Translations under genes and position numbers: made by a program
Assembly (NCBI GenBank): GCA_964016885.1
Contig: OZ024741.1
Location: 49,724,001 to 49,788,000, forward strand
Source: Eledone cirrhosa
Lineage: Eukaryota
DNA length: 64,000 bases
Reading direction: 5' to 3'
In this document: positions 12,218 through 24,255 of the stretch, one piece after another
How positions within the stretch are numbered: position 1 is the stretch's first letter
How the letters are laid out: the number at the start of each line of letters is the position of its first letter
The notes under the pieces: model-generated
What the model saw: the letters and a program-made list of their open reading frames with translations, nothing else
The model's database searches: none
Told to the model about the DNA's origin: nothing

Positions 12218-12838
12218 TGTGTAGGTGTCATGACAAAAAGTACCCAGTCCACACTGTAAAGTTGTCATGTAAGTGTCACAACAAAAAGCACCCAGTCCAC
12301 ACTGTAAAGTTGTCATGTAAGTGTCACAACAAAAAGCACCCTGTACTCACTGTAAAGTTGTCATGTAGGTGTCACAACAAAAAGCACCCAGTCCACACTG
12401 TAAAGTTGTCATGTAAGTGTCACAACAAAAAGCACCCTGTACTCACTGTAAAGTTGTCATGTAAGTGTCACAACAAAAAGCACCCTGTACTCACTGTAAA
12501 GTTGTCATGTAGGTGTCACAACAAAAAGCACCCAGTCCACACTGTAAAGTTGTCATGTAAGTGTCACAACAAAAAGCACCCAGTCCACACTGTAAAGTTG
12601 TCATGTAGGTGTCACAACAAAAAGCACCCAGTCCACACTGTAAAGTTGTCATGTAGGTGTCACAACAAAAAGCACCCAGTCCACACTGTAAAGTTGTCAT
12701 GTAGGTGTCACAACAAAAAGCACCCAGTCCACACTGTAAAGTTGTCATGTAGGTGTCACAACAAAAAGCACCCTGTACTCACTGTAAAGTTGTCATGTAG
12801 GTGTCACAACAAAAAGCACCCTGTACTCACTGTAAATG
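12218..12838 (+). repeat. 48-bp minisatellite, ~13 copies, inside a family C element that extends to 12986
   Basis: Unit TGTCATGTAGGTGTCACAACAAAAAGCACCCAGTCCACACTGTAAAGT; followed by GGTTGGCATTAAG...CCCATGCTAGCATAGAAAA...(GAT)n. Confidence 0.95.
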
Positions 12839-13989
12839 AGGTTGGCATTAAGCGGGAATCCAGGCTGGAATCAGTTATGTATGAGCAAGACATGGTAACC
12901 TACCTGACCTGGCATTCTTCACAACAGGACAACTCGTCCAACCCATGCTAGCATAGAAAATGGGTGCTAAATGGTGATGATGATGATAGCCTTCTCCTGC
13001 TACTGCAATGGCTCTTTGAATACTTTCTCTACTTTGACTCACTCCACCTACTCATCTCTTCTCCTCCTCCTGCCACCTTTATTGTGCCTCACCTCTCAGA
13101 TCATGCACTAATCCCTTTGCCTAGTTTTCCAGAACTGCAAACATTTTTTCTTGCAGACCTCATTAGATCACAACAAACTCACCAGTTCTCCTCTCGCTTC
13201 CTTTGATTAACTATGAATATAAATCAATATCATCATATATATATAAATATAAATCAATATATATATATATATATATAAACATCCCAATCAGATATGTAGA
13301 ATGCTGGATCAAACTAATATTTTCAAAGGCACTGATAATACACTCTTACTGATAAATATATATAGGGTAGTGTTATATTACATAACATTACACTCTTTTA
13401 TAATCAGCTGAGCTCTCAAAATAATTCATAAACTCTGTTCATGTAACATGAGCAGGGGCATGGCTATCTGTTTATGGCACTTTGGCTTAGTCTGCTCTAC
13501 TATAGCCTTGGGTTCATCAAAACCTTTTCAATGAAATTTGCTAGGCAGAAAATGTGCAGAATTTTCTATTCTTTCATATTAGACTTAATCCATTGCTTTT
13601 TTTAATACTCCTTTCTGGCCTTCTGGTAACTTTAGTGGAGTACATTCTGTTGCAGCATTCAGGCTAGATTTCTGGTCATCTGAAGATAACCTCCTCTGCC
13701 TTTCAGTTTAGAGACTGTAACTACCACATATACTGGAATATCTGCCAAGGAATATGTGAGCAAAAAATCAATGGTAAAATGAGAGGTTGGCTTTATATAC
13801 ACCATCTAAACAATGTGTTGATTAGCTGCCTTGGTTTATAAATGGGGTTTGGATTTTCACCTTTCTCAGACATAAAATAGGAAGGTTAGCTTATTCAGAT
13901 CAGCTTATATTCAAGTAAATAAATAGATACATACAATAAATCTTCACACATACATACTGTTACTTTCTCTTCAATATATTCGACAATGT

Positions 13990-14340
13990 TCTGTAGTGGT
14001 CTGTGACATGGTATGATGGTGTGGTGTGGTGGTCTGTGACATGGTATGGTGTGGTGTTCTGTGATATGGTATGATGGTATGGTGTTCTGTGACATGGTAT
14101 GGTGTGGTGTTCTGTGACATGGTATGATATGGTGGTCTGTGACATGGTATGGTGGTGTGTAGTGGTGTGTGACATGATATAGTGGTAGGGTGTGGTGATC
14201 TGTGATGTGGTATGGTGTGGTGTGTTGGTCTGTGACATGGTATGGTGGTCTGTAACATGGTATGGTGGTATTGGGTTGTGTAGTGATGTGGTATGGTGTG
14301 GTGTGTTGGTGTGTGACATGGTATAGTGGTATTGGGTTTT
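13990..14340. repeat. Degenerate minisatellite built on TGTGACATGGTATGGTGTGG
   Basis: About 13 variable-length units. Confidence 0.9.
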
Positions 14341-15285
14341 GTAGTGATTTGGTGGTATTTGTAGATTTACATTTGCATATTTGCATACTGTTATATATAT
14401 GAAGTTAAGGGCTGAAACACTTGCTTGAGGGAGCTGGGTTCTTCTCTAAAGACCTTCTGCTGTCCAGCTCTCCTGAGAGTTTCTTACCACTTCTTACCAC
14501 TATAGTAGCAATACAATATTGCTACTACCACATAATCCATAAATATATAAATATTAACATACTGTTATCTATATGTACACATACAATATTGCGACAACTG
14601 CATAATCCATAAATATACAAATATCAATCTTTTCATAAACTTTGTTATATTCATAATTCTAAACTATCATATGTTAATAATTTGTATTATAAAATATACA
14701 CATTTTCCTAAGCATGGAAAGTTTTATGGGTTTTTTTACAGACTTCAATGCTATTTAGACATAGAAAGTGTGTATTCAACATGTGTTACATATAACCTAC
14801 ACTGTTTATACATTCTGTACTGTAATTTAGACTTCTTAAATTTATTTTAAACTTTAGACTAAGTGATCCACAAGAAAGTAGAACACTAGTTTTAATGTTG
14901 GACCATGAATTACATTAAATCTAAATCAGGTGCTAGCTATGATATCCAACCACTTAGTTAATTTCCTGGAGTTTACTGACCTTGGACCAAATAAAAGGAT
15001 TAAACATTTGAGCTGTGAACCATATGATACTTGACCTGATATCATTAAGTACCAAGTGTAGCATTCTAACCAACTGAACCAATGCTACAAGACATTTCCT
15101 ATTAATTCTCTGGAGCGGCAGTAAAATGAAGTGATGGGGCTTTCTGCTATAGGTACTATGTATCTACGATAACTGGGTTGAATTATCCTTTTAAGTGGAC
15201 ATCTGGAAGATAACTCAGATTTCAACATTGTTAATAAAATTATCTTTATCAACATCACAATGACCACCATCAATTGCTTTGCAAG

Positions 15286-15535
15286 TGGAGGCACATGGCC
15301 TTGTATTAAGGGTGGTAGACTTACAATCATAATGTCATAGGTTTGATTCCTGAACTGGGTTGTATGTTGTGTTCTTGAGCAAAACACTTCATTTCATATT
15401 GCTTCAGTATACTCAACTGAAAATGAGTACCCGCAATAGGTCTGGATTTAACCTTGCGATGATCTGGCGTCCTGTTCCTTCAAGCCATGGAAACCAGGAT
15501 AAGCACCAGCCTGATGAACCTCAGGCAGGAGACAT
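15286..15535 (+). mobile_element. tRNA-derived SINE (family A)
   Basis: GGAGGCACATGGCC head, GGTTTGATTCC B-box-like, TGTGTTCTTGAGCAAAACACTTCATTTCA core. Confidence 0.82.
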
Positions 15536-15658
15536 TCAGAATAGCTTTGCAACTGTTTATTTTCTATTAGCTTATCTTTAACTGGTTTTCAACCATGTTA
15601 ATGTGTACAAATATTTGCTTCTCTTATTTTTATTAGTCAGTGAGAATTGTCATATTAA

Positions 15659-15885
15659 CCCTTTTGGTACGAATCTACCTGAAACCAGCCCTGGGTCTAT
15701 GATACAAAGCTATTTATTTTTAAGTTTTAATATTCATTTTAAAACCTTCCATCATAATTTTATGCAAGCATCTTTGTAAAGTTGTGCTCCAAAGACCAGC
15801 ATAATAATGAGAAAGTTAGTTATATTCTTTAGTATTTTCAAAATGATCAGCAGTGTCTTTCATGAGAAATATGGAAACAGAAGAG
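15659..15885. mobile_element. piggyBac-type MITE (family E)
   Basis: TTAA-CCCTTTTGGTAC...GAAACAGAAGAG-TTAA; related copies at 31661-32318, 42889-43085 and ~53735-53965. Confidence 0.7.
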
Positions 15886-15889
15886 TTAA

Positions 15890-16103
15890 CCCTTTAGCAT
15901 TTAAACCGGTTGTATCCGGCCAGAAGTGTCTAACCTCTTTCTGTTCAAACCAACTGTAAGTGGCTGCTCATACTGATGTTAAGGTATTGTTCTCAAAATA
16001 AATAATATCAAAACCTCATAGATTTGATATTATGTGAGGTAAAGACTTTACCATGAAAATATAATAGTATATATATATAGAGAGTAATGTAAATGCTAAA
16101 AGG
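15890..16103. mobile_element. piggyBac-type MITE (family D), sharing TTAA 15886-15889 with the family E copy
   Basis: TTAA-CCCTTTAGCATTTA...TAAATGCTAAAAGG-TTAA. Confidence 0.9.
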
Positions 16104-16864
16104 TTAAACCTATTTTTAAGAGTCTGTTTCTTAAATTCCACCGAGTAACTGGGATATATGCTAGAATAACATAGATTTAAATAAACTACAAATATATGTT
16201 GTATATAACAGCCTCTATGTTTTGTAGCAGTGAGTTAAATATCTGGTGTCTTTTAGTGCACACATACACACACAACCCTCACACATGCACACCCACACAT
16301 GCATAGACCCATCACACACACATATACACACTCACACACATACACTAACACATATACACCCACACACATACATACACACACACACACCTTAAATGTAAAG
16401 GTTATTTGAAATAGCAGATTTTTAAATGTTGATCTTTACTAATTATATACCTATAACAATTATATAATGTCTTATCTCTTCTCTTCACTTTTCCCATGAC
16501 CCTCCAGAGTTGCGGGGGCGTTGCTTTGCATTGTATCTTGGGCAAATACAGTCCAACAGGGCTCATTTTCCGAGCTGGACTACAACTGATATCCTCCTAC
16601 TATGGGATTTGCTCCGGTCAGGGACATGTGACCATTGTGTTTCTTCTAGGAAATATATCCACCCTGGTCATTGATTCCAACGACAGAGAAATTCCTCTGC
16701 CCAATGATATCATGTTGGCATCACTCCCTGTCAGCTGAAATGGTCTACCAGAGTGCAGCAGTAGGAGTCAGATGTGATAGTTTTAGGGGGTAGGTAATGA
16801 CCAATGAGCCTGTCCACTCCCAGGTACTGCAGCTGTCAGACATCAACATTACTACCTCTACCTA

Positions 16865-17300
16865 AAGTCTGTCCCAAGCCATGAGGCTCATCGGGCCAGT
16901 GGTTATCCCAATTGTGTGGCGTGCAGTGGCTGAGGGTACAAGACTTCCCCCTGGACAGGACGCCAATTATTCACAGGGTTAACCCCCCCCCCCCTATTGT
17001 TGATACTCATTTTCAGCTGAGTATACTGGAGCAATGTGAAATGAAGTGTTTTGTTCAAGAACACAACAGAAAACACAACTGAGTATACTGGAATCAAACT
17101 CACAGCATTATGATTGGTTTGGCAGTATCGGTAGAGTTACAGGCCTTTATGATCTGAGTTCAAATCCCGCCGAGATTAACTTTGCCTTTCATCCTTACGG
17201 GTCGATAAAATAAAGTACCAGTCACACACTGGGGTTGATTTAATCGACTTTCTTCTCCCCAAAAAATTGATGGCCTTGTGCCTATATAAGCAACCATTAT
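16865..17300. mobile_element. SINE A (minus, 16865-17110) with an adjacent SINE B (plus, 17119-17300)
   Basis: Reverse-complement A core GGAGCAATGTGAAATGAAGTGTTTTGTTCAAGAACACA; B core GAGTTCAAATCCCGCCGAG...GTCGATAAAATAAAGTACCAG. Confidence 0.82.
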
Positions 17301-17782
17301 GATTATTAATCATGCATCCTTACCACCTACACCCCAATATTGAAATAACATTTCTCAAATCCGTTTATTCTATTTTCAAAGCAACAGTAGATAGTGCCAT
17401 GTCCAATATTCAAATAACATTTCTTTCAATTGTTTAACTCTCTTTGAATGTTTCAAAGATTTTATTTTTTTTAGTCTCCATTTTGATATCAAAGAGGCCT
17501 ATGCAATGCTTTATTTTAACAGTGTCACAATATGTTATGTTTTGTGGTTTGATGTTTCATGAATCAGTGGTTCAGTAGGTGCATTTTAGTTTTCATATTG
17601 ATCAAATATACATTATATGATATATCTAGAAAATATGAAATCTGTTGATGTCTATGTGTATGAAGGAGAAAACATTTTTTTATCCTGGTTGACATGTGGT
17701 TAGACGGTACAGATACATACGTTTTTTTTGTAAATTTGAACTCTACTTCTAACTGCTTTGTTGTTGTTTTTTCTCGTTTTAG

Positions 17783-17941
17783 GTGGACACATATATTTCA
17801 GAAAAGTGGATTAACTGAGATCTCTGTACAAATTGCTGTAAATTCTTCTACAGAGATTCTTTATTTGAAAAGTGCTATATATATTGATGAGCCTCTAAAA
17901 AGTCTTGCACTTCACGGACCAACACATGTTAATTCATTCAA
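17783..17941 (+). CDS. Polycystin-1-like (PKD-domain) gene, first exon detected in the window (159 nt, phase 2-2)
   Basis: Acceptor TTTTTTCTCGTTTTAG, donor AA|GTAAGT; encodes WTHIFQKSGLTEISVQIAVNSSTEILYLKSAIYIDEPLKSLALHGPTHVNSFK (PKD C-terminal half plus linker); phase matches exon 45323. Confidence 0.82.
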
Positions 17942-18835
17942 GTAAGTTATTTTTTGTTTGTTTGTTTGTTTTTTTTTTTGTTGTTGTTTTTTTTTGTTTT
18001 GTTTTTTGTCTGCCTCATATACCCTAATCTTTGATTAGAGCAAATAATTTAAATCGCAAATTGAAAATATCACAGCTTCATAACCCTCTACATCAATAAT
18101 GTAATTTTATGTGCCAAATGATTACAATTCCTTCTGTACTAGGGTGCTTAAAAACTAAGATGTGTATCACTGTAAGAATAGATTTTATTTTGAAAACTCT
18201 TTATCTGTTAATAGAAACATACATTGCAAATGGCTGGAAATTATATTTAATTAATAGGTTGTTAATTAAATATGTAAGCATGTATTATATTTATCTCTTC
18301 TGAATATATGATCACGAATTAATAGGCCCATATCTCTTTAGAAAGAGAGAGGAACTTCAGATTTCTTGGATTAAAGGTTTCAAATCTTTTCACATATGTT
18401 CCCTTTTAAAAACCAGATTTACTTCAATTTTTATTGTCGATATTGTCAAAAATTTTGATTAACTGATCTTATTGCAGTTATCTCCATTGTATTTAAATTT
18501 TAAACATCCGTAGAAGTTTTTGTCTATTAATTACTTAATTTTAGATGATCCAAGATGTTCAACTTGTTATGTTACATATGAGCCACCCTACTGTATTTAG
18601 TTTTCTCCCCTGCAGAGTATTTTCCCCTAACTATATTGTTTAGCTGACAACTCTCTCGTATTACAGTGTCAATTTACCAACTCCATCTCATCCCTCCTAA
18701 CATTTACCAACTTCTTTCTCTATTACATTTCCCTATATCTCATCCCTAACATTTACCAACTCCCTTTCTCTATTACATTTCCCTATATCTCATCTCTAAC
18801 ATTTACATCCATATTGCTATGATAACATAGATTAA

Positions 18836-19002
18836 CCCTTTAGCATTTAAACCAGCCGTATCTGGCCAGAATTCTCTCACCTCAAACCGGCCATAACTGG
18901 CCACCCATACTGATGTTAAGGTATTGTTCTCAAAATAAATAATATCAAAATCTCTTCAATATAATATAATAGTAAATATAGAGTAATCTAAATGCTAAAG
19001 GG
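18836..19002. mobile_element. piggyBac-type MITE (family D, internally deleted)
   Basis: TTAA flanks at 18832 and 19003; TIRs CCCTTTAGCATTTA / TAAATGCTAAAGGG. Confidence 0.9.
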
Positions 19003-19129
19003 TTAAAATATCCTGCAACTTATAAGTTTGCTTCACTGTTGGATATTCTTTCTTGTGCTAAACTCTTAAATATCAGATAGAAATGATTATATTTCCAGCA
19101 AATAGGACAATGGATGATGACATAATAGT

Positions 19130-20610
19130 ACAACACCCAACTAGAAGTGTTATTATATCTATTTATAGATCTCAATATCTCAGTCTTGAATTCATATGTG
19201 AATGAGGTTGGTAAAATATATATATGAGTTGTGAATGGAGTGTGGTCAATTATACATACTTCAGTTTACCTAGCTGGAAAATGAATACAAATCTAGGTTG
19301 TGCAGCTGTGAAATTACTAATTTGGTACCATGCATATTAAAATGTTGCCATTTATATATTTTAGATATATGACAAAATCATTAGTTTTGCTTTTAGATTT
19401 ACAATAAATATTGGTAACTGAATTAGAAAATACACTCATACACACCTCCACCCACCTGTGTATATGAGTTTCAATCACCAATATATATTGGTGAAAAAGT
19501 ACTTTTCAAACAAAACCCACTAAATTATTGATGTTCCCTTGTCACTCATGACATCAGAAATATAGTGAACTAGTGATTGGCCTGTAGTGACCTACATTCC
19601 GCGGGCTCACATACATTCTCTGTGCGTGATTTGACTCAGTTCAGCCAATCAGCGCCAGTAGAAGAGGATGTATCCCTACGCGCCCTGAGGAAGAAATTCC
19701 CCACAAAGATTTGAAGAATCTCTCTCTTGTACCAGAAACTTCGAACCAGCAACACGCATAATGTAACGGTGAGATTTTGCACCCTAGCCTCGCCGGCTTA
19801 ACGGCGCAATGGCACATTCCCTTTTGTAACCTCTTTTTATCTGTAACTTCAACCATATAAGTTAACAAACATTGTTTGTGCTACATCAAAAATAAACATA
19901 CATTTCATCTCTAATTACTGCTGTTGAAATCATTATTATGTTACTCGTGTCTCAATAACATCTATAATCCATGCTGCTGGAATTGGCGACCTGACGAAAG
20001 GAATATTGTAAATAGATCGAGGGACCTTCCCTCACGTCTATGTCAACAAGATAATCCAACGAGGATACTATCACTTACCACACTGGCAACTCACAACCAT
20101 CAATCATCTACCCTGTTAAAGTGGCGACTACTCTATAACCAATCCTGTTAAAGGCCCATTGGAAACTTATCACCAATGATATTACTGATATTACTGTTCA
20201 CAAAATGCGATATAAAATAAGCAATTAGTTGAATGGAACAAATTGTCTACTAGACAAGACCTTAATCTATCACAAATTTATTCAGGATCAACATTCCTTC
20301 TAATTTTTCTCAACCAAAACCAATGTCTGGAACATTTGATGCTCAGAGCAAAATTATTGTAAATTCAAAGCCACTGTGCATCAACATTTCAAAGATATTG
20401 ACAATATTTTAATATGCACGGCACCAAATTAGTAATTACACAGCTGCACAACCTAGATTTGTATTTTCCAGCTCGGTAAACTGAAATATGTATAACTCAG
20501 CACACTCCATTCCAAACTCTTATATATTTTACCAACCACATTCACATTTGAATTCAAGACCGAGATATTGAGATCTATAAATAGATATAACGCTTCTAGT
20601 TGGGTGTTGT
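19130..20610. repeat. ~220-bp inverted repeat pair (19130-19350 / 20400-20610)
   Basis: ACAACACCCAACTAGAAG...ATACAAATCTAGGTTGTGCAGCTGTG is inverted as CACAGCTGCACAACCTAGATTTGTAT...CTTCTAGTTGGGTGTTGT. Confidence 0.9.
19583..20155 (+). mobile_element. Probable LTR (19583-20082) with a PBS-like leader remnant
   Basis: CpG-retaining island; starts TGTAGT, AATAAA at 19891, ends ACCACA followed by cTGGCAAC (TGG primer-binding-site-like). No gag/pol or TSD seen. Confidence 0.45.
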
Positions 20611-20970
20611 GCTTCTGCACAATTCCCATGTACCAAATTCTACTCACAAATATAAGGCACAATGGTTTTGAGGCTGTCACTTTATCATAAATTCAAACCT
20701 TTTACCATTATTATGTTATGTTCTTATGTTTTCCTCTGTCTGTCTTGTTGACAACAGGACACTCAAGGTATTTGGGGTTAGCCATTGAAAGGATATCTAA
20801 CAGTATACGATAGGTTTAGACTTGCAAAACCCTACAACAAAGTAGTATCTTCTTCCCCAACACATGTAAATATTTAAAAAATACCTGTAGATAAGTTAAA
20901 ATAGAAGTAAAATCCTGAACCCTGTAGCAATTTAAGAGAAAAGATCCACTTGGTTGATGCATAGTCTTGT

Positions 20971-21243
20971 GGAGGCACATGGCCTAGTGGTAAAGGTGTT
21001 GGTCTCACGATCATATCATGGTTCGATTCCTGGGCTGGGTTGTGTGTTGTGTTCTTGAGCAAATCTCTTCATTTCACATTGCTCCAGTATACTCAGCTGA
21101 AAATGAGTACCAGCAATAGCTGAGGGTTTAACCCCACAATGAACTGGCATCCTGTCCAGGGGAAAGTCTTGTACTCTCAGTTGCTTCACACCACGAAAAT
21201 GGGATAAGCACTAGCCTCTTGAGCCCCCCAGACTTTAGACTTA
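20971..21243 (+). mobile_element. Full-length tRNA-derived SINE (family A) with TSD
   Basis: A box TGGCCTAGTGG, B box GGTTCGATTCC; 12-bp TSD GATGCATAGTCT at 20956-20967 and 21244-21255. Confidence 0.92.
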
Positions 21244-22039
21244 GATGCATAGTCTAACCAGCTGTTAAGTATAGTACACATTTCCTATATAGTAGCAGTG
21301 TGTCTAACTCAAGAGAAATCACTGTGGAAGTTTGCCACAAGCTATATCTATGAAAGGAAGGGCCACTTAAAATGATCTTAATCTGCGAACCCATTTGGAT
21401 TATATTTAACTATAGGTTATTTTAACTGAAAATGAAATAGGAAACAAAAAAAATATAGTAACACTCCGCCTCATTATCATTATCATCAATTGCCAAAGCT
21501 TATTCTTATATGAAAATGCTGGCACAGAAACATTAACAGAAATGAAGACTATAGATATATTAATGTTGATGATGAGGAGGATGCTAAAGGCTAATGCACA
21601 GTGGTGATTGTGGCGGTGGGGATGATGATGAAGATGGCGACAATGACAATAACAACAAAGATTGCAATGTTTCATTGATAACTTCATGCTTCTTTCCATG
21701 TTGAAAGAATTACTGTTCATTCAGCACATATTCTATAGAATCTGAAATTATTTGGTTTCAAATTTCTTAAGCTAAAGTTCCATTCAGTGGGATACTAATT
21801 TTAGGACACTATCAGGAAAGTGATCAGTTGCAGCATGAGTAAACATGAAAGCTCCTATCATATTCATTCCTACTCAAATTTAGAAGTAGGTTTCATACCT
21901 TGTCTTGGTCAACATCAAATCTTTATCTCCTAATATACTGCTGGCTAAATGGTCGATAGTTTATGTCATATCAAATTTAGAAGTAGGTTTCACTGGTCTT
22001 GGTTAACATCAAATCTTCATACCCTAATATCTATATAAA

Positions 22040-22392
22040 ATCTGCCTCAGGCCCGAAGACTCATCAGGCTGGTTTATGATGGCTGACAAATTTAAGCAAT
22101 CTAAAGTCTGACTTGATACCTGGAGGCTCATCAGGCCAGTACTTATCCAGATTTCTATGGTATGAAGTGACTGAGAGTACAGTACGCTCCCCCTTTCCTG
22201 GACAGGATGCTAGTCCATCACAAGGTTAAACTCCCAGCTATTGCAGGTACTCATTTTCTGCTATGTGTACTGGAGCAATGTGAAATGAAGTGTTTTGCTC
22301 AAGACACAACACATAAGCCAGTCCAGAAATCAAACCGATGACATAATGATCATAAGTCCAACACACTTACCACTAGGCCACACTTCTCCACA
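22040..22392 (-). mobile_element. SINE family A (minus) with a duplicated 3' end
   Basis: Reverse complement of 20971-21243; CTCATCAGGC appears twice. Confidence 0.8.
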
Positions 22393-22525
22393 TATACCCC
22401 TAATATACTGCTGGCTAAATGGCCAATAGTTTATGTTATAACAATGATTTGGTGCTGTACAATGTCCTATTGAGAACCATATATCCAAATATATTTGGGT
22501 CCTGATGGTTTTCCTTATCTCTGTC

Positions 22526-22692
22526 ATCATCATCATCGTCATTTTACGTCCATTCTTCCACGCTAGCATGGGTTAGACGGGTTGTCCTGTTGTGGGCAGT
22601 GTCCGGTCGGCTGACCTTGTCTTGCTCATACGAGAACTGATTCTGGCTTGATTTCTACAGCTGGATGCCCTTCCTAACACCAACCTCATTTA
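22526..22692 (-). mobile_element. Family C RTE-tailed module, 5'-truncated
   Basis: Closely similar to 43221-43400 and the reverse complement of 41535-41700. Confidence 0.85.
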
Positions 22693-23429
22693 TATACATA
22701 AATGCTGTGGTAGTGGTATAGCTCACAGCTCAATACTCTTTTATTGTCAAGCTAACTTTACTTGGATCATCATTTTGTATGCAAAAGCAGCTTTACCAAC
22801 CTCAGTTACTGAAGTATTGACTGGAAGGAAATGAACATTTAAAATTCTATCATCAGTATTTGTATTACCAATCATCAACTATATATAACACAATTGATCT
22901 GTGGATTACAGAATCCAATGTTGTTAGGGATGTAACTAATAATTTATTTTGTTTCCACATAGACTAGTAGTTTAGGATCATTGGAAATGTTAATTTTTCA
23001 CTTAACCTTTTTGATACGACCAACCTGCCTGAAACTGCTCTGGTTTTAAGGTATAGAATTACTCATTTTAAAATGTTCATACTTTATATTAACCCTTTCG
23101 ATATCAACCTGCTCTAAAATATTTTGATCTAATAACACCCACTCACTCGAAATGACCTGCACCCATTTAAATGAGAATATTTCAAATCTTGTTACTGTCT
23201 GTGATAACATGTGACTTTGCTAGATAAACAATTGTCAGAGATATTTCAAAACATTTTATCACAAAATTTGTGCTCTCTGATTCTTTGGATATTTTCTCCA
23301 CACTGTAATTTGAAAATCTTCTGTGGCTGTTTTCCATAAAAAACAAAAATGGATAACAGCTTCCCATTCACAAACAGTGACACCAAATTTGAAGGTTTTA
23401 TGAACAAAAAAAAAAGAGAAGCTGAAAAC

Positions 23430-24255
23430 TGAATTAAGACTGTAAGCAGAACCAAATGGAAAATTTTGGATCGGATATTTCAATTACAGATAGTGAGAGT
23501 GAACCTGATCATAGTAACAGCAGTGATACAGATAAGGAAAGTGATATTTTCCGAGAAGAATAGAGTGAATGTTTGGAAGAAAATACTCTTCAAAATTTTT
23601 CTGAAGAGACAGGACTTAATTGCAGTCTTCCTGGTAATGCAAAAACTGTGGACTTTTTTTTTTTTTTTTTTTCCATTTGAAATATTCCAGGCCATAACTA
23701 CAGAATATAAACAAACTGAAGAGAGAGATTGGTTATGGTTTTCTACATGCTTGGAAATTCAGGCATTTTTTCCATAAATATTATAATGGGCATTACAAAG
23801 CTATCCAGGATTACCAGCTACAGTATGTGGCGATATATACTATGACCCCTTATTTAAAATATCTCTTCTGAACTGTGTCCCAAGTAGATCTTAAATCTTA
23901 CTATCAACCAGAAAAAAAAGACCCAATCTATTGAGAAAGGGCTAGTGGCGTATAAAAGTTGGATATGTTTTAACCCTTTAGCATTTAAACCGGCCATATC
24001 CTGCCAGAATCCTCTCAGCTCTTTCTGTTCAAACTGGCTGTAACTGGCTGTTCATACTTATGTCAAGTATTGTTTTCAAAATATATAATATCAATATCTC
24101 ATAGATTCAATATTATGTGAGATAATTATGTGAGGTGAAGCCTTTAACCATGAAAATATAACAGTAAATATAAAGTAATGTAAATGCTAAAGGGTTAAAC
24201 AATATATACCAGGCAAACCCACAAAATGGTGGTTCAAATTCTGGAAACTGTATTA
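23430..24255 (+). pseudogene. Decayed piggyBac (PGBD/DDE_Tnp_1_7-like) transposase interrupted by a MITE
   Basis: Acidic N-terminal DSESEPDHSNSSDTD; W..TCLEIQAFF...IIMGITKL; removing the MITE restores SIEKGLVAYKSWICFKQYIPGKPTKWWFKFWKL (cf. SIDExMVxFKGR..KQYIPxKPxKWGxK). Confidence 0.78.
23974..24194. mobile_element. piggyBac-type MITE (family D)
   Basis: TTAA at 23970-23973 and 24195-24198; perfect 14-bp TIRs. Confidence 0.92.

Noticed and set aside
12217-12951. 244-aa Cys/His-rich ORF as a real gene
   Set aside because: Translation of a 48-bp minisatellite inside a retroelement tail; no splice signals or ATG context.
10987-14386. Long ORFs at 10987-11696 and 13895-14386
   Set aside because: Low-complexity microsatellite and minisatellite translations.
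20971-21040. tRNA gene
   Set aside because: The A and B boxes belong to a SINE head with a TSD; no complete cloverleaf.
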